From: an uncultured Nitrospiraceae bacterium | GTDB taxonomy: Bacteria > Nitrospirota > Thermodesulfovibrionia > Thermodesulfovibrionales > SM23-35 | NCBI GenBank assembly: GCA_963727775.1 | Contig: CAVSHB010000001.1 | Coordinates: 1,184,001 to 1,248,000, forward strand | Length of the DNA stretch: 64,000 nt | Reading direction: 5' to 3' | Shown here: in pieces, positions 47,876-57,074 of the stretch | How the letters are laid out: the number at the start of each line of letters is the position of its first letter | How positions within the stretch are numbered: the stretch's first letter is position 1 | Notes under the pieces: model-generated | Seen by the model: the letters and a program-made list of their open reading frames with translations, nothing else | What the model was told of the DNA's origin: nothing | The model's database searches: none | Position numbers and translations under genes: made by a program

Positions 47876-47980
47876 TACCCCGCCGTCTCTGCGGCGGGCA
47901 CCTTGCGTCGTCGGGGTGCAGGGCGTCGGAGCGAAGCGCAGACCCTTGCCGACCCACGGGGTCTAATACCCCGTGGTGTC
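47876..47980. repeat. Composite hairpin cluster (REP/PATE-like)
   Basis: CCCGCCG-TCTCTG-CGGCGGG and CCACGGGG-TCTAATA-CCCCGTGG. Confidence 0.6.
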
Positions 47981-48017
47981 GAAACGAGCAAAGCGAGTTT
48001 AGTTTATTGTTTGAAAA

Positions 48018-48608
48018 TTATTTTTCCTGAGTAACCTTTTTCAGACATTCAGGGCAAATGCCGTGAGTAACAGCGGCGTCGGTGTTTTTTTCAATATAGG
48101 TTTCCACCTGGCTCCAGTAACCCTTGTCATCGCGTATCTTTCTGCACCAGGCGCACATGGGGATCAGCCCCCGAAGGGTTTTTATTTCTTTGAGGCTGTT
48201 TTCCAATTGTGTCAACAATTTGTGCCGTTCTATGGAATACCGTATTGACCGGACCAGTAATCCGCTTTCGGCCTGTCCTTTGACCAGATAGTCCTGCGCG
48301 CCGTTCTTAACGGCCTTAATCGCAAGTTCCTCATCGGTCAGGCCGGTCAGTACGATTACAGGGACGGAGGGATAAAGAGTATGGACTTTAAGAAATGTTT
48401 CGATACCCTGACTGTCAGGCAGACCCAAATCCGACAGAATGATATCAAACGGTTCGCTCTCAAGAAGTTTAATAGCGGAAGATAATGTGATTGAACGGCT
48501 TATGTAAAAATCCGCACCATTCTCATCCATCAATAATGTGCGTATAAGTTCGGCGTCGCCGAGGTTATCTTCGATCAGCAGGATCTTTATCTGTTTTTTG
48601 GGACTCAA
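48018..48608 (-). CDS. Response regulator receiver with short Cys-rich C-terminal module
   Basis: LLIEDN, SDLGLPD, DYLVKG; tail CAWCRKIRD...THGICPEC. Confidence 0.88.
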   Translation of the reverse strand: MSPKKQIKILLIEDNLGDAELIRTLLMDENGADFYISRSITLSSAIKLLESEPFDIILSDLGLPDSQGIETFLKVHTLYPSVPVIVLTGLTDEELAIKAVKNGAQDYLVKGQAESGLLVRSIRYSIERHKLLTQLENSLKEIKTLRGLIPMCAWCRKIRDDKGYWSQVETYIEKNTDAAVTHGICPECLKKVTQEK

Positions 48609-48663
48609 TTTGTTTTAACCATTAGATATAATCTTATCATTATTTCAGGGGAACACAAAAATA

Positions 48664-48712
48664 TTCATAAAACCGATCATAAATAATGGCGGACATAGTA
48701 TTTGAGCGGCTT
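48664..48712. repeat. Structured element, partial copy C (one arm)
   Basis: TCATAAAT-AATGGCGGACATAGTATTTGAGCGGC matches the reverse complement of the copy A right arm (TCATAAAATTGATGGCGGATGTAGTATTGGAGCGGC). Confidence 0.7.
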
Positions 48713-49386
48713 TAAGGTGAGAATTTTATGTAGTTTTCCCAGTAGAGCAGAAGTTCCCTTGTGGCCTTAAGATCGCCTGCGCAATATTTTGCTATATCGA
48801 AGCACCGTCCTGCTTTGAACAGATCTTTTACCTCATATCCCGTAATGCCGTCTTCTTTGGGGCTCTTTATGCCGAAAGTCCTGCACCACATATCGAGGCT
48901 GAACCTTCTGCGTGAAGCGCCGAAAAATGTGAGCTGATCAAGCAGGTCTATATGAGTGTCGTTATATCTGTTCGGCATTAAGTCTTTTGCGGGTCTTATT
49001 TTATGCACGGCGGAACGGACCAGAATAAAAGGGCAATCAAAACCCCTGCCGTTAAATGTAATAAAATGTTTATGGCCTTTAACGACATTCCAGAATTTCG
49101 TTATTATTTCCTTCTCCGATCCCGTTTCGTAGCGTATACTATCTTCTTCAAACGGGAGCAGGGGGTCGCCTGTAGTCTGAAAAAAGACGGACCCCTTCTG
49201 AGTATCAGCATCAAGCATCCCTATTGCGACTATCTCTGCAGTGAGCGGATAGAATGAAAGGCTGTCTTTGACTCCTTCTTTTTCATCATTGGTTTCGGCA
49301 TACCGCAACATATATCCCTGTGTCGGCTTGTCAAGGGCCTCAAAATCCTTTCCGACTGTTTCTATGTCGAATATAACTCTGGACAA
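48712..49386 (-). CDS. PolB-like 3'-5' exonuclease (RNase H fold)
   Basis: FDIET, TFNGRGFD, YCAGD. Confidence 0.85.
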   Translation of the reverse strand: MSRVIFDIETVGKDFEALDKPTQGYMLRYAETNDEKEGVKDSLSFYPLTAEIVAIGMLDADTQKGSVFFQTTGDPLLPFEEDSIRYETGSEKEIITKFWNVVKGHKHFITFNGRGFDCPFILVRSAVHKIRPAKDLMPNRYNDTHIDLLDQLTFFGASRRRFSLDMWCRTFGIKSPKEDGITGYEVKDLFKAGRCFDIAKYCAGDLKATRELLLYWENYIKFSP

Positions 49387-49408
49387 TTTTTATAGGACCC
49401 GCCGCTCT

Positions 49409-50719
49409 CTATGACGCCTTAGGCAGTTCTTTGAAGACTTTCCACGTCTTTAATAAGTCCATAGCCCTTTGCAATTGTATGTCCTCTTTCTCATCAACTT
49501 CTACAGGTATCATATCATCCGGTTCGACGGATCTTTCTTCCAGTTCTTCCCCGCCGTTTCTGAGATGCCTTTCGAGGTCTTTTTCTCTTATTGCGGGCCG
49601 GCTTTTCGCTTTATCCTTTACTTCAGGTTTAACCACGATATCCGGTGTAATGCCGGTTGTCTGTATTGATACCCCGTTTGGCGTGTAATATCTTGCAGTT
49701 GTCAGCCTGAGTGCGGACCCGTCTCCGAGCGGCACTACGGATTGCACGGACCCCTTCCCGAATGTCTGGGTGCCGATTAAGACTGCCCTGTTCCAGTCCT
49801 TCAACGCGCCGGCAACAATCTCCGAAGCGCTCGCGCTCCCCTGGTTCACAAGGACAACCATCGGTATAGTTGAGTTTGATTTGTTTTTGCCGCTCCGGTA
49901 CTCGACCTTTTCTCCTTTCCTGTCTTTGATAAACACGACTAATTTGTCCGGCAGAAGGAACTGGCTCGATACGTCCACAGCGCTGTTAAGGAGGCCGCCG
50001 GGATTGTTCCTGAGGTCGAGGACCAATGAATTTATATTTTGCTCCGCCAGTTTTTCCATGGCGGTGGTAAGGTCTGACGCGGTCTGTTCCTGGAATTGGG
50101 TCAACTTTATATAACCGATGCCGTCTTCAAGGAGCTTGGACTTCACGCTGTTTATTTTTATTACCTCGCGCATTAAGTTGAATTCCTTTGTCTCTTTCCA
50201 TCCTTCCCTGAGAATCGTTATTTTTACGGAAGTAGAAGGCGCCCCTCTCATCTTGCTGACAGCGTCATGCAGGGCCATGTCTTTTGTAAAATCATTGTTG
50301 ATCTTTATTATCTTGTCGCCTGATTTTATACCGGCCCGATATGCGGGGGTGTCTTCCAGCGGGGCTATTACGGTCAGCATGTTGTCTTTTACCCCGATCT
50401 GTATACCGATACCGCCGAACTCTCCTTTTGTGTCCACCTGCATTTCCTTGTACTGCTCGGGCGTCATAAAGGCGGAATGCGGGTCAAGAGAGCTGAGCAT
50501 CCCTTTAATTGCGCCGTAAATCAGGTCCTTCGGTTTTACATCTTCTACATAGTTTTTTCTTACCAGCGACAGGGCCTCGGAGAAAACCTTCAGTTCTTCA
50601 TACCCCTCTTCAGCGCTGACGCTGTTTCCCGACAACCTGCCGATAAAAATACCTGTTGAGGCAACGGTAACGATAAGGAACACAATAAGGACCAACTTCT
50701 TGCTCATGAACTTTTTCAT
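49409..50719 (-). CDS. ctpA: Carboxyl-terminal processing protease (S41, PDZ)
   Basis: LDLRNNPGG, SASASEI, TFGKGSVQ. Confidence 0.93.
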   Translation of the reverse strand: MKKFMSKKLVLIVFLIVTVASTGIFIGRLSGNSVSAEEGYEELKVFSEALSLVRKNYVEDVKPKDLIYGAIKGMLSSLDPHSAFMTPEQYKEMQVDTKGEFGGIGIQIGVKDNMLTVIAPLEDTPAYRAGIKSGDKIIKINNDFTKDMALHDAVSKMRGAPSTSVKITILREGWKETKEFNLMREVIKINSVKSKLLEDGIGYIKLTQFQEQTASDLTTAMEKLAEQNINSLVLDLRNNPGGLLNSAVDVSSQFLLPDKLVVFIKDRKGEKVEYRSGKNKSNSTIPMVVLVNQGSASASEIVAGALKDWNRAVLIGTQTFGKGSVQSVVPLGDGSALRLTTARYYTPNGVSIQTTGITPDIVVKPEVKDKAKSRPAIREKDLERHLRNGGEELEERSVEPDDMIPVEVDEKEDIQLQRAMDLLKTWKVFKELPKAS

Positions 50720-50740
50720 ATTCTCTCTATCCTCCAAAAA

Positions 50741-51961
50741 TTATCTCCTTTTCAGCCACTGTAATGGATCAAGGGGTTTACCTTTATAACGCAGTTCAAA
50801 ATAAAGACCCGGGGAATTCACAATGCCCGAATTGCCGACCCGACCTATCGCCTGCTTCCCTTTTATTATATCTCCAACTTTCGTAAAAATCTCTGACAGA
50901 CTTCCGTACAATGTATGATATCCGTCGCCATGGTTCACAATTACGAGTTGTCCGTAACCCTTGAACCACTCGGCAAATACCACTTTGCCGCTGTGCACCG
51001 CCTTTGCAAGGGAATCGGCGTTTGACTGTATGTATGTGCCGCTCCTGAATATCGGCGTGTTGAACTGAGGGTCCTTTTGAGAACCGTAATGAATTGCTAT
51101 CTTTCCCTCCACAGGCCAGGGGAGTTTACCTTTAAGGCCTGAAAAGTCTTTCGTTGCGAACGGCTCTTCCTTTTCGGCCTTCTCGGATTCCCTGATGATA
51201 TCGAGTATCTTTTGCGAAGCGTTTTTCAATTCCTTCAGCATCCTTGAATAGGAGGTTTCTTCTCTTTTTACAGACGCAAGCAATACCTCTTTATGTTTTT
51301 TCTTTTGCGCCAGGGATTCTTCTTCGGCCTTCACCTTCTCTTTGTTTCTTGTGAGCTCTTTTTTCAGTGATACGAGCTGATTTTCTTTTTCAGAAAGGGT
51401 TTCGAGATCGCCCTTATAATTGTCCATGATCCTGTGTTCGTATACCGTAAGATATTGAAGGTACTTTACCCTCCTCATCAACTGGGAAATATCATCGCTG
51501 CTCTGGAACAACATGACGATATCTGAATTGTGTCCGTATTTATGTATCGACCTGAGCTTCCTTTTGATCCACTCCCTGTGCTTTTCAATAATATTCTTAT
51601 TCTGCGAGATGTCGTATTCAACCCGTAAAATGCGGGATTCCGTATCCACAAGTTTGGTCTTGTATTTTTTGAGGGCGGAATCAACTTCTTTCAATTGTTT
51701 GTTGGTGTTTTCCATTTCAGTGAGTATCGATGATTCACGCTTTTTGGCTTCATCGAGTTTTTCTTTGTGAGTTGTTATCTGTTTCTGTATTCTCTTATAT
51801 TCCTCGTGAGGAGACCCGGCCAGGCAGAATGAGGCATTAAGCAGGGTGGAAAGGACCAAGACAGGCAGCATAAAGCAAAAAAGAGAGACGGAAATACAGA
51901 GATCCGGAAATTTGCTTTTTGTATTTTGTGCCTTCTTTACTGCACCCTGAACTTTGCTCAA
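50741..51961 (-). CDS. envC: Murein hydrolase activator EnvC
   Basis: Coiled coil plus degenerate M23 domain (LYFELR); follows ftsX. Confidence 0.88.
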   Translation of the reverse strand: MSKVQGAVKKAQNTKSKFPDLCISVSLFCFMLPVLVLSTLLNASFCLAGSPHEEYKRIQKQITTHKEKLDEAKKRESSILTEMENTNKQLKEVDSALKKYKTKLVDTESRILRVEYDISQNKNIIEKHREWIKRKLRSIHKYGHNSDIVMLFQSSDDISQLMRRVKYLQYLTVYEHRIMDNYKGDLETLSEKENQLVSLKKELTRNKEKVKAEEESLAQKKKHKEVLLASVKREETSYSRMLKELKNASQKILDIIRESEKAEKEEPFATKDFSGLKGKLPWPVEGKIAIHYGSQKDPQFNTPIFRSGTYIQSNADSLAKAVHSGKVVFAEWFKGYGQLVIVNHGDGYHTLYGSLSEIFTKVGDIIKGKQAIGRVGNSGIVNSPGLYFELRYKGKPLDPLQWLKRR

Positions 51962-52833
51962 TATCGAATCCTCCCGATCGCTATACCGGCACCTGTTATT
52001 CCGAGAAGGAAACCCGTCAGGGGAAGGATAAAGGACATATTAATCGGGAAAATAATTGTGCTGAAAATTGGAAACAGCAGGCCGAGTTTAAGAATGATCA
52101 GATAATAGAGAGAGAGCAGGCCGAAAAGTCCCAGGAGGCCGCCCAAAAAACCGATGACCGCTCCCTCGATAAAAAACGGCGCCCTAATGAAGGTCTTTGA
52201 AGCGCCCAAAAGTTTGTAGGTTTCAATCTCCCTGCTTTTCCTGTAAAAAAGGATCTTTACCGTGCTGTAGCACACAAAGACCATACCTGCGGACATTATT
52301 ATGATAAACGCCATGCCCACAGTTTTAATGCCTCTCCTTAAAGAATAGACAGAGGACAGGAATTTTTCTCCATATTCGACCTCCTGGACGCCATTTATTT
52401 TTGTGAGCCTCGCCGTAAGTTTCTTTACGGTTTCAGGACCTATGGCGTCACTCTTCAATTTGATCTCCAGTGAATCAGGCAGGGGATTTTCATCGAGGCC
52501 GTCGAGGACATATTCCGTGTCCTTTAAGGTAGCCTTCAGCTCCTTCATGGCGGTGTCTTTCGATATGAATTTTACTTTTTCTACTGAGCTCTCATTTTTG
52601 GCGGCATTTGTGATATTTGTTATATCATCTTGTGACAGATTGTCCTTAAGGTAAAGCATTACAGAAAATTTTTCGGGGAGTCTTTTCGTTGCAATATCGA
52701 TATTGTACACGCAGAGGAGTGTGAGGGCGGTAATCAGGATACCCGCTGCTATGGTAAGCACGGAAAGCAGGTTTATCCATTTTTCATGTAATATGCTGCG
52801 GGCGGCGAGTTGAAACGAAAACAGTACAGACAT
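51958..52833 (-). CDS. ftsX: Cell division permease FtsX
   Basis: NPLPDS, EIETYKLLGAS...FIRAPF.IEG. Confidence 0.92.
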   Translation of the reverse strand: MSVLFSFQLAARSILHEKWINLLSVLTIAAGILITALTLLCVYNIDIATKRLPEKFSVMLYLKDNLSQDDITNITNAAKNESSVEKVKFISKDTAMKELKATLKDTEYVLDGLDENPLPDSLEIKLKSDAIGPETVKKLTARLTKINGVQEVEYGEKFLSSVYSLRRGIKTVGMAFIIIMSAGMVFVCYSTVKILFYRKSREIETYKLLGASKTFIRAPFFIEGAVIGFLGGLLGLFGLLSLYYLIILKLGLLFPIFSTIIFPINMSFILPLTGFLLGITGAGIAIGRIRY

Positions 52834-53498
52834 CAGCCGATCTCCTCTCCTGAAAAATTTCCGAAATCCAGTTTCAGCACTCTTCTGCCTGAATTCTTAA
52901 AAAGTTCTCTATTATGTGTAGCGATCAGGATTGTTGTCCCTTTTGCGTTGATGTCCTTAAAAGTCCTTATGATCCCTGTTGAAGTATCAGGGTCAACGTT
53001 GCCGGTCGGCTCATCGGCAAGGATAATCATCGGTTCTGAAACGATGGCCCTTGCAATCGCCACCCTCTGCTGCTCTCCGCCTGAAAGGGCGTCAGGATAA
53101 TTGTCCGACTTATGACGGATGTTTACTGTTTTAAGCGAGTCGAACACGCGCGCCTTTAATTCTTTATCATCGTTTATTCCCCTTATCCTTAAAGCGATCG
53201 CGACATTATCATAAACATTCCTGTTGTTAAGCAGTCTGAAGTCCTGAAAGACCACTCCGATATTTCTTCTCAGCAGCGCTATCTTTGATTCCTTAAGCCT
53301 TGTTAACTCCAAATCCGCCACCGTGATATTGCCTTCATCGGGTTTTACGGCCATGAATATTAATTTGAGGAGTGTTGATTTTCCCGAGCCACTCGGTCCG
53401 GTTATGAACACCATCTCACCTTTTTCGACTGAAAAAGTTATTCTTCTCAGCGCCGTATGCTCGTCGTAATGCTTTGATACGTCCTGAAAATGTATCAA
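52833..53498 (-). CDS. ftsE: Cell division ATPase FtsE
   Basis: GPSGSGKS, VVFQDFRLL, LSGGEQQR. Confidence 0.93.
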   Translation of the reverse strand: MIHFQDVSKHYDEHTALRRITFSVEKGEMVFITGPSGSGKSTLLKLIFMAVKPDEGNITVADLELTRLKESKIALLRRNIGVVFQDFRLLNNRNVYDNVAIALRIRGINDDKELKARVFDSLKTVNIRHKSDNYPDALSGGEQQRVAIARAIVSEPMIILADEPTGNVDPDTSTGIIRTFKDINAKGTTILIATHNRELFKNSGRRVLKLDFGNFSGEEIG

Positions 53499-54484
53499 TG
53501 CAATGCCTTTGTGATCATATTTACAATATTGTCGGCGGTAAGACCGTAGAATTTCAATAACTCTTCAGGAGAGCCCGAACATCCGAAGTCGTCTTTTATC
53601 CCGATCCTGAGTAACTTTGTAGGACAGTTTTCAGATATGAATTCACTGACGGCGCTCCCGAGGCCGCCTATTATAGAGTGCTCTTCCGCGGTGACAACCA
53701 GCCTGCAGGACTTTGCGGCTTCAAGCAGGGTTTCGGTATCGAGCGGCTTTACAGTCGACATATTTATTACACCTGTGTCTATGCCTCTCTGTCCGAGGAC
53801 TTTTGCGGCGTCGATAGCCATAGATACCATAATCCCCATAGTTACAATATTCACATCTTTCCCTATGTGGAATGCATGGGCCTTGCCGATCTTGAAATCA
53901 TAGTCATCCGGCATTACAGAAGGGATTTTGGCCCGTCCGAGCCTTACGTAAACAGGGCCGATGTAATCAGATATAGCTTTAATTACCTGCTTTGTCTCGT
54001 TGCCGTCCGCCGGCACGATGACCGTCATGTTCGGAAGGACCCTCATTAGGGCAACGTCTTCTATTGCCTGGTGTGAAGCGCCGTCTTCGCCGACTGTAAT
54101 ACCGCTGTGTGTTGCGACAAGTTTTACGTTCAGGTTCGAATAGCAGACGGTCTGCCTTATCTGCTCCCATGCCCTGCCTGTCTCGAAGACCGCAAACGTA
54201 GAAGCGAAGGGGAGCTTGCCGGTAAGAGAGAGGCCGCTTGCAGTACCGATCAGGTCCTGTTCCGAAACCCCGAGATTATAGAACCTGCCGGGGAACGCCT
54301 TTGCAAACTTTCCAGTCTTTGTAGAACCCGAGAGGTCCGCGTCAAGGACGACCACGTCAGTCCGCTGTTTGCCGAGCTCAAGGAGAGCTTCACCGTAAGC
54401 GTCTCTTGTTGCAACTTTACGTTTAGTGTCCGGGGTATGAAGTCCGGAGGTATGAGTATCCGGTTTTTCTGTTCTTTCGCCCAT
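53495..54484 (-). CDS. Transketolase, C-terminal subunit
   Basis: ATRDAYG, GEDGASHQ, EEHSIIGGLG. Confidence 0.92.
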   Translation of the reverse strand: MGERTEKPDTHTSGLHTPDTKRKVATRDAYGEALLELGKQRTDVVVLDADLSGSTKTGKFAKAFPGRFYNLGVSEQDLIGTASGLSLTGKLPFASTFAVFETGRAWEQIRQTVCYSNLNVKLVATHSGITVGEDGASHQAIEDVALMRVLPNMTVIVPADGNETKQVIKAISDYIGPVYVRLGRAKIPSVMPDDYDFKIGKAHAFHIGKDVNIVTMGIMVSMAIDAAKVLGQRGIDTGVINMSTVKPLDTETLLEAAKSCRLVVTAEEHSIIGGLGSAVSEFISENCPTKLLRIGIKDDFGCSGSPEELLKFYGLTADNIVNMITKALH

Positions 54485-55317
54485 TATTTTTCGAGTTCCT
54501 TTAAAGCCATTTCGAGTTCCTGATGGGTAGGAGCCAACCCGTGATATTCGACCTTCCCCTCAAAAAATGAAACGCCTTTTCCTTTTATTGTGCGTGCGAC
54601 TATCATCGTCGGCTTGCCTTTTACAGTTTCCGCCTCATTCAGCGCATTGAGGACTGCATCCATGGCATGTCCATTGATATCAATAACGTGCCAGCCGAAG
54701 GCTTCCCATTTCTTGACCAACGGCTCAATATACATGACGTCACAGCAATGCCCGTCGATCTGGAGGCCGTTGTTATCGATAATTGCGCACAGGTTATCAA
54801 GCCTGTAATGTGAAGCGGTCATCGCCGCTTCCCATACCTGTCCTTCCTGGGTCTCACCGTCTCCAAGGAGACAATATACGCGTGAACTCAGTCCGTCCAT
54901 CTTAAGCCCCATCGAGATGCCGTTTGCAATAGATAGTCCCTGACCAAGCGAACCGGTTGATATCTCTACGCCGGGGAGCTTCCAGGAACACGGATGTCCC
55001 TGTAGCGGACTGCCGAGTTTCCGTAATGTCTTCAGTAATGATTTATCAAAATAACCGGTCAAAGCAAGCGCTGCGTAGAGGACCGGGGCCGCGTGGCCTT
55101 TTGAGAGGATAAACCGGTCCCTTTCTTTCCACTGAGGATTTGCCGGATTGTGCCTCATTTTGGAAAAATATAGCGCGGCCACAATATCCGCCGCTGAGAG
55201 TGACCCTCCCGTATGACCCGAGCCCGCCTCGGTAAGCATCTTCAGTATTTCTATCCTGAGCAATCGCGCCTTTTCCTTAAGAAGGTCTATATCTGCTGTT
55301 GTAATATCTGAAATCAT
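54484..55317 (-). CDS. Transketolase, N-terminal subunit
   Basis: SGHTGGSLS, LSKGHA, GDGETQEG...N. Confidence 0.93.
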   Translation of the reverse strand: MISDITTADIDLLKEKARLLRIEILKMLTEAGSGHTGGSLSAADIVAALYFSKMRHNPANPQWKERDRFILSKGHAAPVLYAALALTGYFDKSLLKTLRKLGSPLQGHPCSWKLPGVEISTGSLGQGLSIANGISMGLKMDGLSSRVYCLLGDGETQEGQVWEAAMTASHYRLDNLCAIIDNNGLQIDGHCCDVMYIEPLVKKWEAFGWHVIDINGHAMDAVLNALNEAETVKGKPTMIVARTIKGKGVSFFEGKVEYHGLAPTHQELEMALKELEK

Positions 55318-55799
55318 TTTTTGGCCCTTTTCATTATATAATTTAACAAAATGTCGTCAAGGCTTTTTGTTATCTGGTCCTTTGCCTCACTCTGCTCCGC
55401 TGTCAGATTTGTATCCATAGAAATTACCGCTTCCGCTGCCGGTTTTGCTCTCAATTTAATTATTACTTCGGCTGTGCGTATATCTTCAGCCTCTTTAGCT
55501 TCATCGACTACACTGTCTTCTACTCCAGCTACTTCCTCGCCTTTGGCATCGCCTGTGAATTTACCGGACAGGAGATCTCTTATGATTAATTTATGCTGCG
55601 CCTTCATTATTTTTGTGACTTTCTCTGTAAAATCAGCGTTATTCAAAATATGCGCGTAACTGGTCTTTTTAGAGGCAAGAATTGCGCCTTTCGAATAGAG
55701 AAGGGTCACTATCACAGGATTATTTTGTCCGCTATCCTCGGTCTGGATATGATATATTTTCTCTTTGTAGGATATGTTTGTATTGTACCCGACAAGCAT
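55314..55799 (-). CDS. Conserved hypothetical protein
   Basis: GYNTNI...YHIQTED...QH pattern; ATGA-coupled to transketolase. Confidence 0.7.
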   Translation of the reverse strand: MLVGYNTNISYKEKIYHIQTEDSGQNNPVIVTLLYSKGAILASKKTSYAHILNNADFTEKVTKIMKAQHKLIIRDLLSGKFTGDAKGEEVAGVEDSVVDEAKEAEDIRTAEVIIKLRAKPAAEAVISMDTNLTAEQSEAKDQITKSLDDILLNYIMKRAKK

Positions 55800-55993
55800 T
55801 ATTTATTTTAAAATAAAAATCAATTTATTATATATAGCAGTGGTGAAAAAAGGGAAGGGGCTGAAGGAATGTTCTGTTCATACAAATAAGCCTTGCAGCA
55901 AACGCAGCTTTTTAACAAGAACACCTGAAACGAGTGACTTCTATGAGAATGGTAAGTTACTTGCTACCGACAAAAAACAAGCAAATAGATATA

Positions 55994-56428
55994 CTATTTT
56001 AGTATCGGATATCCCGCTTCTTTCCATGCTTTTAGACCGCCAATCATGTTTACAGCTTTTTTATATCCAAGATCATTCATTGACTTAGTCGCCAACGGAC
56101 TTCTCAGGTCGAGACCACAATATACAATAATCGTTGAGTTTTTATCCGGTATAATCAGACGCACTTTAAAATCCAGGCTTCCACGGGAAATATTGATCGC
56201 GCCCGGAATATGCCCAGTTTCATATTCTTCTCTGTCCCTGACATCAAGTATAATAATGTTTTCTTTGTTATCCACCATTTTTTTGACTTTATCAATAGAT
56301 ATCTCATTTATTGCGGCTTTTGCCTCTTTTACAAGCTCATCAGGGGTCTTATCAACGGCATAAACAATAAATGAAGGACAAAGTATAAAAAAAGCAACTA
56401 TAAAAATAACACTTAATTTCTTTTTCAT
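55994..56428 (-). CDS. Exported rhodanese-like protein
   Basis: LDVRDREEY..GHIPGA, VYCGLDLRS, GGLKAW; signal peptide after GAGG RBS. Confidence 0.9.
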   Translation of the reverse strand: MKKKLSVIFIVAFFILCPSFIVYAVDKTPDELVKEAKAAINEISIDKVKKMVDNKENIIILDVRDREEYETGHIPGAINISRGSLDFKVRLIIPDKNSTIIVYCGLDLRSPLATKSMNDLGYKKAVNMIGGLKAWKEAGYPILK

Positions 56429-56546
56429 GTTTACCTCATTTAAAGCTTTATTTTCAGTATACACCATTGATATCCTTACAAGTAATGGAAATATCAAACC
56501 ATCAGAATTTTAAATCAAAAATATAATGTGAATAAGGAGGAAGGGA

Positions 56547-57074
56547 GTGTCAGGCATTGTTTTGTGGATAACAGGACTTCCTGGGAGCGGGAAGAGCACC
56601 GCTGCCGATGAGATAAAAAAGGCATGTCCCGAGTTTGTTATTATCAGGATGGATGAGCTTAGGAAAATTGTTACTCCAGATCCTACATATTCCGAAAATG
56701 AGAGGGAAACAGTATACAGGGCTTTGGTCTATCTTTCCCAAAAACTTGCTAATCTCGGACACGATGTGATTATAGACGCCACAGGGAATCTCAGGAGGTG
56801 GCGGGAATTTGCCAGACAGCTTATCCCCAAGTTTATAGAAGTATATCTTAACTGCCCGATAGAAGTTTGCATGCAGAGAGAAGAACAGAGAATAGAAAAA
56901 CACGGAGCGCCAGTGGATATTTATAAAAAAGGCACTGAAGGGTGGCCTGTACCCGGCATCTCCGCACCCTACGAAGAACCCGTGAATCCTGAGATTACCA
57001 TTAATACGGACAAAACTTCTTTACGGGAAATTGTAGCACGAATAATTGTGGAAATATCGCGGATTAGGTCTTAA
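56547..57074 (+). CDS. cysC: Adenylyl-sulfate kinase family protein
   Basis: WITGLPGSGKST, EVYLNCP, PGISAPYEEP. Confidence 0.8.
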   Translation: MSGIVLWITGLPGSGKSTAADEIKKACPEFVIIRMDELRKIVTPDPTYSENERETVYRALVYLSQKLANLGHDVIIDATGNLRRWREFARQLIPKFIEVYLNCPIEVCMQREEQRIEKHGAPVDIYKKGTEGWPVPGISAPYEEPVNPEITINTDKTSLREIVARIIVEISRIRS

